A stretch of DNA of 64,000 nucleotides. It comes from Azolla caroliniana. Taxonomy: Eukaryota > Plantae > Polypodiophyta. Location: positions 24,800,001 to 24,864,000 of the forward strand of contig JBHGNT010000001.1 of the NCBI GenBank assembly GCA_043228905.1, given 5' to 3'. Both the position numbers and the translations under genes were made by a program. The notes under the pieces are model-generated. The model saw only the letters and a program-made list of their open reading frames with translations, was not told the origin of the DNA and did not search any database. Below are positions 24,801 through 35,792 of the stretch, piece by piece; positions within the stretch are counted from its first letter, which is position 1; every line of letters begins with the position of its first letter.

Positions 24801-27078
24801 AATCGTTCGAAGTTCGGACGTTGTGTTCAACGAGTCGGCTATGAATCCATCAGTCGAAAAACCGATCGAAGTCCGAAGGGTAACATTTTCCGATGTGCCG
24901 ACCCTTCAAGAAGGCCCCGCTCTTAACACACGGTCAGCTTCACGGGTAGCTGAACCTTACACTACCGACTCGGACAACTTCGACTCGGCACAACAGAATA
25001 ATTCGCTTTCGGACCATCCGACCTCGATACCCGATGCGACCAGTCCAATCATACCTCGACGATCCGAGAGACTGTCGCAACCTCCGGAGAGGTATTCTCC
25101 TGGAATTTTCTTCACCGACGCCGGCGAACCGACGTCTTACGAAGAAGCATCGACATCTGTCGATTCAGCCACCTGGCATCTGGCGATGGAGTCGGAAATG
25201 CACTCCATTCAGGCAAACAAGACTTGGGATCTGGTCGAATTACCTAGGAACCGACGTGCTCTTCCTTGCAAGTGGGTTTATCGACTAAAAGAGACGTCTG
25301 ATTCGACCACCCCAAAGTACAAGGCCAGACTAGTTGCGAAGGGCTTCCGACAAGAATATGGCGTCAACTTCGACGAGATTTTTTCACCAGTGGTGAAAAT
25401 GACAACCCTTCGTTTTCTACTCGGCGTAGTGGCAGCCGACAACTTGGAGCTGATTCAGCTAGATGTCAAAACAGCCTTCCTCCATGGTGATCTTGAAGAG
25501 GAAATTTATATGGAGCAGCCAAAAGGCTTCGTGGCAACTGGCCAAGAACATCTAGTCTGCCGACTCAGGAAGAGTCTATACGGCCTCAAACAGGCACCGC
25601 GACAATGGTACAAGAAGTTCGACGACTTCATCCAATCGATCGGCTTCTCAAAAAGCGATGAGGACCATTGCCTTTTTACCAACACAGCTCAAGATGGATC
25701 ACCCATCTTCCTCATCATTTACGTGGACGACATGCTAATTTCTGGACGCCACGCGGGCGAACTTGCCGATCTCATTCGGCAACTGCGGTTGAAGTTTGCC
25801 ATGAAGGACCTCGGTCCGGCACGACACATACTCGGCATGAAGATTAGTCGGCATCGCGACAAACGACATCTTTTTTTGTCTCAGACCGACTATATCGGAC
25901 GTGTCTTGGAACGCTTCAACATGCAATCAGCCAAATCTGCTTCAACCCCGCTCCCCATGAATCTTCGGCTCTCTCAGCGAGACTGCCCGACATCCGGTCC
26001 GGAGGGGGAAGATATGAAGTCGGTACCGTATGCACCGGCAGTCGGCTCCCTTATGTACCTGATGGTCGCGACACGGCCTGATATCTCTCATGCCGTAGGA
26101 GTCGTTAGCAGATTTATGCACAATCCTGGCCGATCGCATTGGAACGCAGTCAAGCATGTGTTCAAATATCTGGCTGGCACAAAAGACCACGGCATTCTTT
26201 TCGGACCGAACTCAACCTCAGGCGTAGTCGGTTACACCGACTCGGACTTCGCCGGCTGTATAGACAGTCGGAAATCAACAACCGGATACTGCTTCAAATT
26301 CGGCAATGGAGCAATTTCGTGGAAGTCGAAACTTCAGGAGTGCACAGCGACCTCAACGACCGAAGCAGAATATGTAGCTGCGTCCGACGCTGCAAAAGAA
26401 GCTTTGTGGCTCGGCCGGCTGGCGCACACGTTTCGGCAAGTCGACCATGACTCGGCTCCAGTTGTCTATAGCGACAGTCAAGGTGTTGTTGCCTTGTCGA
26501 GAAATCCGGTTCACCACAACGCCTCCAAACATATCGACGTTCGATATCACTTCGTTCGGGACTGCGTCATTTCAGGGAAAATCGGTCTAGAGAAAATATC
26601 CACAACCGACAATGTCGCAGATGGAATGACCAAGTGTCTTTCGGCAAACCGCTTTCGGTCTCTTCGGCATCAGATGGGCGTAACGACAAACCAGTCCGGT
26701 TAGAGCCGGACACAGCGCAGGATGGTTTCGGACAACCGACATCAGTTCCTTAATGATCGGCTTCAACTCTTCCGACCCGACCAGTCCGGTCTTCTGCCTT
26801 CGGACACTGCCGACTCGAACAAAACTGATATGTCCGAGAACCTAGGTTTATACCTGTAATCTTAGATAACCCATGTATACGCCCATTACGGGGGAGTGTC
26901 GAATACAAGTGTATAATGGACGTATTCACACTATCCTTCTGTATAGCTCAAGTTTGGGCCATTTGTGTAATTAGCATAAAGGGTAGTTGCCCTAAGTTTG
27001 TCACTATATAAAGTGACCTTGTAACCTTTTTGTAAGGTTGGTTGTATTATTGTTTCTATGGAATAGAAAGTCTTTTGT

Positions 27079-27112
<34 letters not shown>

Positions 27113-27197
27113 ACGATCGTGCAAACTGTCATACGCAGGTACTCAACCCTAATCGAATGCTTCTTGATCTTCCGCATAGATGACCTTGTCTTCAACA
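21665..27197 (+). mobile_element. Intact young Ty1/copia retrotransposon (Tnt1/Tork-TAR-like by eye), LTRs 21665-21973 and 26897-27197
   Basis: TSD AGCTA; PBS TGGTATCAGAGC 21976-21987; PPT GGGGGAG before 26897; by eye the LTRs differ by one substitution plus (CT)n length. Confidence 0.95.
22672..26703 (+). CDS. Copia gag-pol polyprotein (gag, CCHC knuckle, PR, INT, RT, RNase H)
   Basis: Uninterrupted ORF: CNYCKKPGHIKADC; WLLDSGASFH; HSDVCGP..FIDD..RTDNGGEF; QLDVKTAFLHG; YVDDML; YTDSDFAG; KHIDVRYHF. Confidence 0.97.
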   Translation: MASTSGSSEMSLRKFDGSNFNFWKEQMQDYLIVKGQIDPIENEEPPEGYKPIEWQKLDRIVRATIRMHLSESVYFTVQSCMTAFELWKTLSDTYEKKVAATKMFLIRRLYNLRMKESDSVQAHLNEYESISSQISSQGTAIEDELRAMILMSSLPSSWETFVTTVCNASTTAVKYSEVTSAILTEAARRKSFAKDSTDDAYVVQGSIDRSNIRGRDSSRQPNNQRRRSQSRDNRICNYCKKPGHIKADCRALKNKNDKSQKSDKKSGRHEEINYVSFSADVLPNDPNILSIENPVGSEVLLTTEESSTWLLDSGASFHVTPHRSQFRQYTIRHSDSVRVGNSQHCDIIGIGTVELNLAGGSTLVLHNVRHVPELSRPLISVGQLDEDGIRAGFSSGGWTLHRGNLLLARGPKIHSLYPLHVTLREGNLFLVDIPVSSLWHRRLGHLSKAGITHLSRAGYIPKLSFSDHQFCEHCQYGKQAAASHPTSAPRETRPLDLVHSDVCGPMPHQSLGGASYFVSFIDDSTRKVWAYPIRTKDRVFSIFSDWIAMVENQTDRKLKCFRTDNGGEFKSEEFVKFCRQRGIRREFTAPHSPEQNGIAERMNRTIQERIVSMLQHSGLSDGFWAEALLTAVHIINMSPSRPLGLQIPQELWIGSKPNYDKLRIFGCEAYALIPKDDRQKLAPRSRKCIFLGYGSDGEMGYRLWDPERRQIVRSSDVVFNESAMNPSVEKPIEVRRVTFSDVPTLQEGPALNTRSASRVAEPYTTDSDNFDSAQQNNSLSDHPTSIPDATSPIIPRRSERLSQPPERYSPGIFFTDAGEPTSYEEASTSVDSATWHLAMESEMHSIQANKTWDLVELPRNRRALPCKWVYRLKETSDSTTPKYKARLVAKGFRQEYGVNFDEIFSPVVKMTTLRFLLGVVAADNLELIQLDVKTAFLHGDLEEEIYMEQPKGFVATGQEHLVCRLRKSLYGLKQAPRQWYKKFDDFIQSIGFSKSDEDHCLFTNTAQDGSPIFLIIYVDDMLISGRHAGELADLIRQLRLKFAMKDLGPARHILGMKISRHRDKRHLFLSQTDYIGRVLERFNMQSAKSASTPLPMNLRLSQRDCPTSGPEGEDMKSVPYAPAVGSLMYLMVATRPDISHAVGVVSRFMHNPGRSHWNAVKHVFKYLAGTKDHGILFGPNSTSGVVGYTDSDFAGCIDSRKSTTGYCFKFGNGAISWKSKLQECTATSTTEAEYVAASDAAKEALWLGRLAHTFRQVDHDSAPVVYSDSQGVVALSRNPVHHNASKHIDVRYHFVRDCVISGKIGLEKISTTDNVADGMTKCLSANRFRSLRHQMGVTTNQSG

Positions 27198-29439
27198 AGC
27201 TATGTCGATGGTGCAAATGACACAGCACCCGATTCGACACACAAAGACATCCCGGTGTGGGAACAATCGGCGAGCAAAGTGTTGTACTGCTTCGCGTCTT
27301 TTGTGGGCGAACAACTATTAAGCTACGTTCGGGATGCAAAAATGTTGAAGGGTGCATGGGAAAATCTGAAGAAGATCTTCGCCGAGAGCACCACAGCCAG
27401 GAAGCTTCAGCTCCGACAGGAGTTCAGCAACCTACGACAACGTGATTTGTCGGTGGCTAACTATACCTCGAAGATCAAGGACATATGCTATTCCTTGGCC
27501 TCCATCAATGTGAACATCAAAGTTCGGAGCGTTCCGAACAACTGTGTGTACACGGGAGAATACGCCGTTGTCGCGTTGTTACGCGCGTGCGTGGAGAAAG
27601 GCGGGACCACGGGGGTCTTGGACTAGGGAGTGACGGAGCGTAGGAAGTCGTACTTCACCGTTTCCGGGGCATCCCAGGAGGACACCGGAAGCAACCGAAG
27701 GGAGAGGGAGAAAGAGAGAGAGCGCGCGCTTGACACCGACTCACGCACACACACACACACACACAGGCCGACCCGACTCACGCCCTTATGTACAGGAAAC
27801 GCAGGAAAGGGGAAGCACCCGACACCAACAGAGACGCGAATATACACAAAAAGACGCAAATGTATATACATATAAAGGGAAGAATACATTCCCGGCTTCG
27901 AGCCGGACCAAGGTAGGTTACAACAGTCGTCTACTGTCAAGCCGCCGTCGGGGAGCTCTCGGCTCGTCGCGCCGAGCGGGGTCTTGCACAGGAGGCCGAG
28001 CCAAAGCAAACCCTAAGCAAAACACGAAGGGGGAAGAAGAAGAAGAAGAAGAACTAGCCCTAAATCTAACAGTATACCCTCTAACGCAAAATGGGCAACC
28101 CCTCACAAAGGGCGCTCCCTTCCTTTTATAGAATAAGGAGAGGGATGCGTTACAATGTGGGATAAATCCCGACTTACATGGGATCGTCTATCCCGACTTG
28201 TCTACTCTTCGGCGTCATAAAGGCGCCCTCGTTATTCACACTAAATATACAAGGGTGAGCACACACGTTGCACCCCGTCGATGTAGCCAATGTTTCCCGG
28301 TTTTCACCTCTGGCCGAAATTCTTCACGACATCCGCCCCCACCTAACCGCACGTCCACCGGTACGTGCCAAATCCGGTGAAGGGTGAGAGATTTCGGCCG
28401 GTGAGAAACCGGTCTTCCGTAATCCGCATCCCGACTCGTTGCTGGTTTGATCCGTCGACTTCGGTTCTTCCTTCGCGCTTACCTCCCCGTAGGCTCGTTC
28501 GACCCATCGATGGGTCGTTCACCGCGATATCCGTAGTACGCGTACTTCCACTGGCCCTTGTTCGGCCGTATGCACGCCTCGCTCCCTGCCGTATGCCCGA
28601 TGTCCTCCATTGAGCATTCATGTTGTCCTGATTGCCGTCCCATGTTGTTTCGTGTTGCCTTCGTCCTCTCGCCGCCACCTTCCTTCTCCATGGTCTTACA
28701 TCACCGCGTCGGCTCGAACCGACATGGTCTCCGGAACGGTGTGGAGGACCCTTTTTTGGCCTTCTACGCGCTGCCTCCGAACTGCGCAACCCATCTCCGC
28801 GCTTGCCTTTCCGCTCCGGCACCTCCGTGTGCCACATATCCTCATCCGTTGTTTGGCTCTGCCTGTGCCGTACTCCGGTTCATTGCACGCCTTGTCGGCC
28901 CGTTTCCCGGCCAAATCGCGCATCGCCGCTCACCCGTATACTGGTGTCCTCCGCACCCGAGGAACACCCCGTAGTAGCCCGCTTGGCCCTTCCCGTCTTC
29001 GTGTTGCTGCAACAGGTCTTGAGTCTTCCGGTTGCCATCGTCCCCTCGCCCCCACCAGCTTGTCACCCTGGGCTTGCCGTGTCAGTCTTTGCTACTTCGA
29101 CGGAGCTACCGAGATCTACGAAGTGAGTGTGGAGGATCCTCCTCCGGCCTCTCTTGCCATCCCCTGACTCCGACCCTGTGCAGTCCACTAGGCACCCATC
29201 ACCTCATTCCCGGCACCTCCCTTGTGCCGTCTTCCGCTTCCTTTGTTCGGCACCGCTTGCGCCGAACACCGTCTCGTAGTCACGCTTTGATCCGGCCCGT
29301 GATGGCCACTTGCGAGACGCTTATTCCGTCTCAGGTGTGCCTTTCCGGTCCGATACACCTCCTCGTGTTCGCCCTACCGGCTACTTCCGAGACCGTAACC
29401 GGCCGGTGAGGGTCTCGCACTTCGTCCGCCCCGTCTTAC

Positions 29440-30790
29440 CGACTCCCGATTCGCTACCTCGTGTCGCTGGGTCCCGTTCCCTGTCGCCACCGTCCTTCTC
29501 CCTAGGTCTCATGTTGCCATGTTGGCCGAACCGCTGGGGTCTCCGGATCAGTGTGAGGGTCCCATAGGACCGGTCTTCGTTTCGTCGCTTGCTGAGATCC
29601 GGGTGCCCTTTTGTCAGAGTCCTTCACGACTCTCCTTGTCTCTTCCGCGTAGCCGGGTTCCATCTTCATGTTGTCGGGTCCTGTTTCCCGCCGCCACCAG
29701 CCTTCTCTCTCGGTCTCATGTTGCCACGTTGGCCGAACTGCCGGAGTCTCTGGTTCGGTGTGGGGATCCCGTAGGACCGGACTTCCTTATGCCCACTGAC
29801 CTTGCCGGAAGGTCCGATTTGGTTTGTAGCCGCCTCGCCGGCCTCATACCTCCTTGTCGTTCATTGCCTCCTGTCGTCCGATCACGTTCTCCTGCCGCCA
29901 CCGATCTCACCTGTAGAACTCACGCCGGCACTCGGGCCGACCGCCGGATCGGTGTGAGTGTCTTCGTGGGACCTCCCCTTCAGGCTTTGGTTGCCTGCCT
30001 TGCCGCCGCCACCGTCCCTTACTCTAGGTCTCATGCCTCCTCTTGTCGTCGGCTGCCGGAGTCTCTAGAATCGGTGCGTGTAAGGTCACAATTACTCCGC
30101 TCTGCCTTCGCCATCCTCATCTGTTGGTCACGTTCCCCTGCCGCCACCGTCCTTTCCTATAGGACTCAAGACGGCTCTCGGGCCGACCGCCGGATCGGTG
30201 TGAGGATCTCCGTAGACCGCCCATCCATAGCCCTTTGCCTTCGTCCCCTCGCCGCCACCGTTCGTCACTTTAGGCCGACCGCCGGTTCTCGGGCCGACCG
30301 TCGGTTTCTGTAGAACCGGTGTGAAGGATCCTCCTTGGGCCTCCGATTTGTCTTCCTGACCCTGTCTCGGGTCTTCCTTTTCCGCATGCCGAGAGGGCGG
30401 TTTACTCCGCACCCTCTCCCGTGGTACCGACGTACCGTCTCCTCAGCCTCTTCGTAGGCCTGCTTTCTTCCTCCCTCCCGGAATGGTCATCCGGGAGTTT
30501 GTTCCGCCCGGTTCTCGTCCGGGTCCGTTCGTCCTTCTCCGGATTGCCGGGTCCTGTTCTCCTGTCGCCACCGATCTCTCCTATAGGACGCACGCCGGCA
30601 CTCGGGCCGACAGCCGGATCAGTGTAAGGATCTCTGTAGGGCCGGTCTTCGTTCTCCTCTTCGTCCCTTTGTACTCCTTCCGAACTTGTCGTTGCTCTCC
30701 TTGCTGCGTTCCCGCCTCCATCGTCCATCTCTTTCGTTCTGACGTTGCCTCGTTGGCCGAACAACCGAAGTCTCTGGATAAGATGTGGCG
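29440..30790. repeat. GC-rich degenerate repeat array inside the non-autonomous element
   Basis: cgggccgaccgccggatcggtgtgag-like at ~29933, 30179, 30289, 30602; ccgccacc..ctaggtctcatg-like at ~29485, 29691, 30005. Confidence 0.75.
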
Positions 30791-31343
30791 TAACCGATTT
30801 CGCAACGTCTTTCTGCAACTCGTCCGGGCCACCGCCCCTTTTAGTGGTGTCGGTGGATAGCATCCGCTCTGTGATCAATCAAGCCCCGCCTGAGCTTGAT
30901 TCTCCAATGTCCGAAGTTTCGGCTCCGATGCCGACCTTGCTAGACTCGTTCCGAACCTTTGATCACCTTCCTTTCCAATTCCCGACCTTCGCTTGGTCGG
31001 TCTTTCTCCCCATGTAAAAGAGGGCAGCTCGTCCCGCACCCTCTCCCGTATCGGCACCTTCATGCATACTCTGGCCCTGATCGAACAATCCACGACCGGA
31101 TCACGCTCCACCCGTACCGGAGCGTCGCGTGGTTCGGTCCCCGGTCGGGTCGTTCCCTGGTCTCCTCGTCGCCCCTTTCGCTGGCCACCTCCCATCCATC
31201 TTCGCTGGCATCGTGCCAGGACTCCTCGGTACCGCCATCCATCTCCTCGGTCTTACATGGGCATAAGGGCCCGAATGCCGAGTTCTCCGGAATCGGGTCC
31301 GTGGGCTTTCGTCCGCTCCTTCCCCGTATCGTCTCGCCGGTGA

Positions 31344-32516
31344 TTATTGGTCTTTTGCCACCGCCTTCCTCCGCTTGGGACTCACGTGGGCACTGGGCCC
31401 GACTGCCATCATCTCGGGAGCAAGTGTGGGAAGACACAAAGAATCGCCCGTCCGTTTTACGCCCTTGTCCGTAGCCACCGACTCTTCGTGGTCGACGGTC
31501 GTCTTCTTACCGATCGCGCAAGCCCCGCCTGGGCTTGCTTCTCCGATTTCCGGGGTTTCGGGCTGACACGCCCGAAACCGCTGGTCCCAACTATCCGGTT
31601 CCACGATCTGTATCTCGGCCTCGTCCTTGGCCGTTCTATCTCCGCAAGTCGAGAGGGCATTTTTTTCCGCACCCTCTCCCGTGGTACCGTGGTACCGATC
31701 TTCCGTCGTTGCGTGGGGCAAGTCCGTCTCCTCAGTCTCGGCTTGCGGCCTCGATCTTTCCTCTTCCTCGAGCATCGTCTCGAGAGTTGCGTACGCCTCC
31801 GCAATCCTGGCCCCAACGCCGACCCTTGCCGACTCTCTTTGCCGTTCGGCCTCTTCCCGTTGTGATGGCACGCCGTCGCGTACCTTCCTCTTAGCCTTCT
31901 TAGCTCGCTCGTTGTCTAGCTGTTGGCACACCCTTCGGACCTTCGACCAGTCCTCCGTAAGCCCATTCGCTCCATCATCGTCTTTGAGCTCAATCCCGAT
32001 GGCCTCCCGTTCCGCTCGGTCGATTGACTTGACGAACAATAGGACCTTGTCCGCCCCCACCAAACCTTGTTCCCGTTCCGGGAGCCGAGCAAGCCATCGC
32101 TCGAACTCTCGGAACGCCTTGGTCGCGCCCCGGTGGGTCTTTGCCGATGCTACCCACTGGTCAAAGTCGTGTCGTCCCCGACTCTTCCGCCGTCCTCCGT
32201 ATGCCTTCAGGAGCGCCTCTTCGAAGGCCTCCCACGAACTATGAGCCTCACGGAGGTCCTTTACTTCCGCATGCATCCGGACAACTACGACCCGACAGAA
32301 GAACTCCAGCCTCAACGACTCGTCTACGCCACGCTCCTCCATTTCCGCATTGTAGGCTTCCAAGTAAGATGGGACTTTGTCCCCGTTGAAACGACCGACT
32401 CTTTCGACCACTCACTCAACCGCTTGTTGCGCTGCTTCTCGCCTCATCACCACTCGTGCTGACTCCAACACCACTTCGGCCACCATTACCACGAGGTCGT
32501 CGTCTTCCGACTCCAT
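31344..32516 (-). CDS. Gag-like ORF with one in-frame TGA (~32412, probably CGA>TGA)
   Basis: MESEDDDLVV...E*VVERVGRFNGDKVPSYLEAYNAEM; homologous to the gag starts at ~7000 and 51411; lies directly after the PBS. Confidence 0.7.
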
Positions 32517-33368
32517 CCTCCCTTGCCGCCTTTCACGTCGGGTTCACCATATATGTCGCGTTGTTACGCGCATGCGTGGAGAAAGGCGGGACCACGGGGG
32601 TCTTGGACTAGGGAGTGACGGAGCGTAGGAAGTCGTACTTCACCGTTTCCGGGACATCCCAGGAGGACACCGGAAGCAACCGAAGGGAGAGGGAGAAAGA
32701 GAGAGAGCGCGCGCTTGACACCGACTCACGCACACACACACACACACACAGGCCGATTCGACTCACGCCCTTATGTACAGGAAACACAGCAAAGGGGAAG
32801 CACCCGACACCAACAGAGACGCGAATATACACAAAAAGACGCAAATGAATATATATATAAAGGGAAGAATACATTCCCGGCTTCGAGCCGGACCAAGGTA
32901 GGTTACAGCAGTCGTCTACTGTCAAGCTGCCGTCGGGGAGCTCTCGGCTCGTCGCGCCGAGCGGGGTCTTGCACAGGAGGCCAAGCCAAAGCAAACCCTA
33001 AGCAAAACACGAAGGGGGAAGAAGAAGAAGAAGAAGAACTAGCCCTAAATCTAACAGTATACCCTCTAACGCAAAATGGGCAACCCCTCACAAAGGGCGC
33101 TCCCTTCCTTTTATAGAACAAGGAGAGGGATGCGTTACAATGTGGGATAAATCCCGACTTACATGGGATCGTCTATCCCGACTTGTCTACTCTTCGGCGT
33201 CATAAAGGCGCCCTCGTTATTCACACTAAATATACAAGGGTGAGCACACACGCTGCACCCCGCCGATGTAGCCAATGTTTCCCGGTTTTCGCCTCTAGCC
33301 GAAATTCTTCACGACACCGTCGTTTTTCGACTTACAGCCAATGCTCCTTATAGAGGAGAACCACGCAG

Positions 33369-33570
33369 GTGCGTAGACAAGCACGCATGTCGACAACAAG
33401 ATGTTGTACACGGAGGGAGAGAGGCCCCGTGGTCGTGCGGATGAGGCGAGTCAGTACGCAATGGAGGCGTGCGTAGACAAGCACGCATGTCGACAACAAG
33501 ATGTTGTACACGGAGGGAGAGAGGCCCCGTGGTCGTGGCGGATGAGGCGAGTCAGTACGCAATGGAGGCG
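33369..33570 (+). repeat. 100-bp tandem duplication in the copia gag
   Basis: gtgcgtagacaagcacgcatg...gtacgcaatggaggc at 33369 and 33469. Confidence 0.9.
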
Positions 33571-34985
33571 ACCAGCGGGATCAAGGAAGAAGGCACCGAA
33601 GTGGTGCCGACAGCAACTCCAGACCCTCCGGAAATAGGGGGAGTCGAGGCGACGAGAACCGGCAAGGGAAATCCGCCGCGGAATGTTGGTACTGTGGCAA
33701 GAAAGGCCACAGGGAGAGCGAGTGTTGGAAAAAGCGCGCCGAGTCGGAGAGGACCGGTTCCGGATCTGGTTCCGGACATATCGACAAAGGAAACCGACAG
33801 CGATCGCACTACGCCAAAGGATCCGGAAAAGCCGAAAAAGGGTTAGTCTCCGTGACGAGACACGAAGCAAATTCAATGAAGAAGATCACCCCGAAGTCGG
33901 AGGAGGTGTGGTACGTCGACTCCGGCACGTCATACCACATGACGTGCCATGAGGAGTGGTTTTCATACCTTGAGAAACCGACGCAACTAGGGGTAGTCGC
34001 AACCGGAGACGACACTCCGCATTCGATCACGAATGTCAGTAAAGTTCCCTTGAGCCATGTCAGGCAGAAAGGGAAACTTATGAACGTGTTACATGTCCCG
34101 ACCATCACGAAGAATCTGGTGTCGGTCAAGCAGATCGTCGACCAGGGGATGCAGGTTCGGTTTACACACCTCGGGTGCTTCATTGAGGAAGAAGGCCGTA
34201 TTATTGCGCAAGGGCGCAGAGATGGGAGGATGTTCATCCTCGACTCTACTGACGGAGGCACCGCAATGTTCGCGAAGGGACAAAATGTTGAGTTGGACAT
34301 CGACTTATGGCACAAGCGGATAGGCCATGTCAACTACTAGTGGCTTCAAGACCAGCAATCGAAACAAGTGGTGTTCGGATTGCCCAAATTTAGTGGCCGG
34401 AAGGCACAAATTTGGGAAGCCTGCCAGCTTTGGAAGCAACACTGACTTCCCTTCCCCAACGAGCGTAACCGGAACCGGAACGGTGATCCGGAAGATCTCG
34501 AAGAGCCTCAAGTTGAGCTTGAGGGGGAGTGTTGAGAGACAAGCTCAACATTGGCTGGATCGACTGAGCAAGCCGAGGACCGGATTGGTTGGGACCGATC
34601 GGTTAGGCTGGACTGGTGCGTAAAACGGATGCGTAAACCGGTGCGTAACAAGAGGCCGTATCGGTGCGTAGAACGAAAGGCCGTTAGAAAGATATTCCTC
34701 GTAAGGAATAGTTTTGGGAGTAAGTGTCGAGGCTCATTTATGAGCAGTCAAGTACTGTCAGTACTTGTGTCAGCCCAATTGTTAGGGCTTGTATAAAAGT
34801 GCTCACTGAGCACATCCTATGTACAGATTGAGTACAGATTGAATATTTTTTAATTAAGTTCTTGTGTTTACTCTCCCTCTTTGTCTCTCTCGTGTGTACT
34901 ATGCAAACCTAAGCTTTCCATTAAACCTATGTCTTCTGTTGTTCAGTCTCCTATATTGCTTCCGCACGACATTCTTTTCAGTTCT

Positions 34986-35420
34986 CAAATGCATAATATG
35001 CTCGCTTACCCGCATCTAAGCGGCATGTAGCACATTCATTCCATTTATGATTTGAAGGAACTTCAAGGGCAAGATATTTGAAGCTTTCCACACATTCAAG
35101 TGGCTTATTGTTGTACATAATGCATGGTTTATCTCTTTTTTTACTCTTCACAAGCATAATCTTTGTTTTAGAGCTATTGACACTTAATCTAGTATGCATG
35201 CAAAAAAATTTCAATGCCTTCATAAGCTTTTGTGCATCTCCTGAAGTATTTGCAAAAAGCACTACATCATCCGCATATAACAAAAGCATAATCACAACAT
35301 TCCCAATGGCAACTTCTTCAACACGTTCTTCCTTTACAAACTTGGTAACCATTTCTTCTTATTGATCAATGCATAGAACAAATAATGTTGGTGAGAGTGG
35401 GCATCCTTGCTTAACACCAA
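34986..35420 (-). mobile_element. RTEX-like LINE, 5'-truncated RT part
   Basis: GVKQGCPLSPTLF..LLLYADDVVL..LSVNSSKTKIM..FKYL; 5' end abuts a (TC)n tract. Confidence 0.85.
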
Positions 35421-35792
35421 GAGAGAGAGAGAGAGAGAGAGTAGAGCATAAACTCAATTTCAAAAAATCTATAGACTCTATTACATACAAATGTGCTTTA
35501 GAGCACTTTTTATACAAGTCCTGAATGGACTAACAAAAGTATTGACAAGTACTTCAATGCTCGTACCGAGCGACTGACACTAAGTCCTAAAAATATGCCT
35601 ACGTACTAGGCTAGGGTCGTAGGCCTCTAACAACCTACTGGTTACACCGATCCGGATTACGATCCGGCTCTTGGTTCTAGATGTCGATCTGGCTCTTCGT
35701 TCCAGACACCAATCCAGTTCCTTGTTCCAGATACCGATCTAGCTCTGGCTTACTCAACCGATCCGGATCATGTTGAGCTTGTTCGCTCAACA

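Larger units (their letters stand above)
27569..33316 (-). mobile_element. Non-autonomous tRNA-Trp-primed gypsy-like LTR element (763-bp LTRs at 32554-33316 and 27569-28331; gag only)
   Basis: 4-bp TSD CCGT (27565-27568, 33317-33320); host TRENTP|SFFDL rejoins; PBS TGGTGAACCCGACGTGAA (32532-32549) is complementary to the plant tRNA-Trp 3' end; purine tract at 28332-28343; ~16 LTR differences counted by eye. Confidence 0.9.
21016..34980 (+). mobile_element. Internally deleted copia family X element (LTRs 21016-21469 and 34530-34980; lacks INT core, RT, RH); hosts two nested elements
   Basis: TSD GTTCT at 21011-21015 and 34981-34985; PBS TGGTATCAGAGC 21470-21481; PPT GAGGGGGAG 34521-34529; gag and PR (WYVDSGTSYHM) present; sequence jumps from the INT zinc finger to the PPT at ~34480. 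Confidence 0.9.
19015..35792 (-). mobile_element. Copia family X 5' fragment (gag 19015-19800, PBS 19893-19904); its 5' LTR (19905-20008 plus 35420-35792) is split by the nested stack
   Basis: KLDRSNYASWSYKM and YTRENTPSFFGLQSMLLVEENH gag; TGGTATTAGAGC PBS; LTR halves join at a (GA)n tract and end ...CTCAACA at 35792. Confidence 0.8.

Noticed and set aside
28340-32630. Many overlapping 100-260 aa ORFs on both strands
   Set aside because: GC-rich repeat sequence with few stops; only the minus-strand gag has homologs elsewhere in the window.
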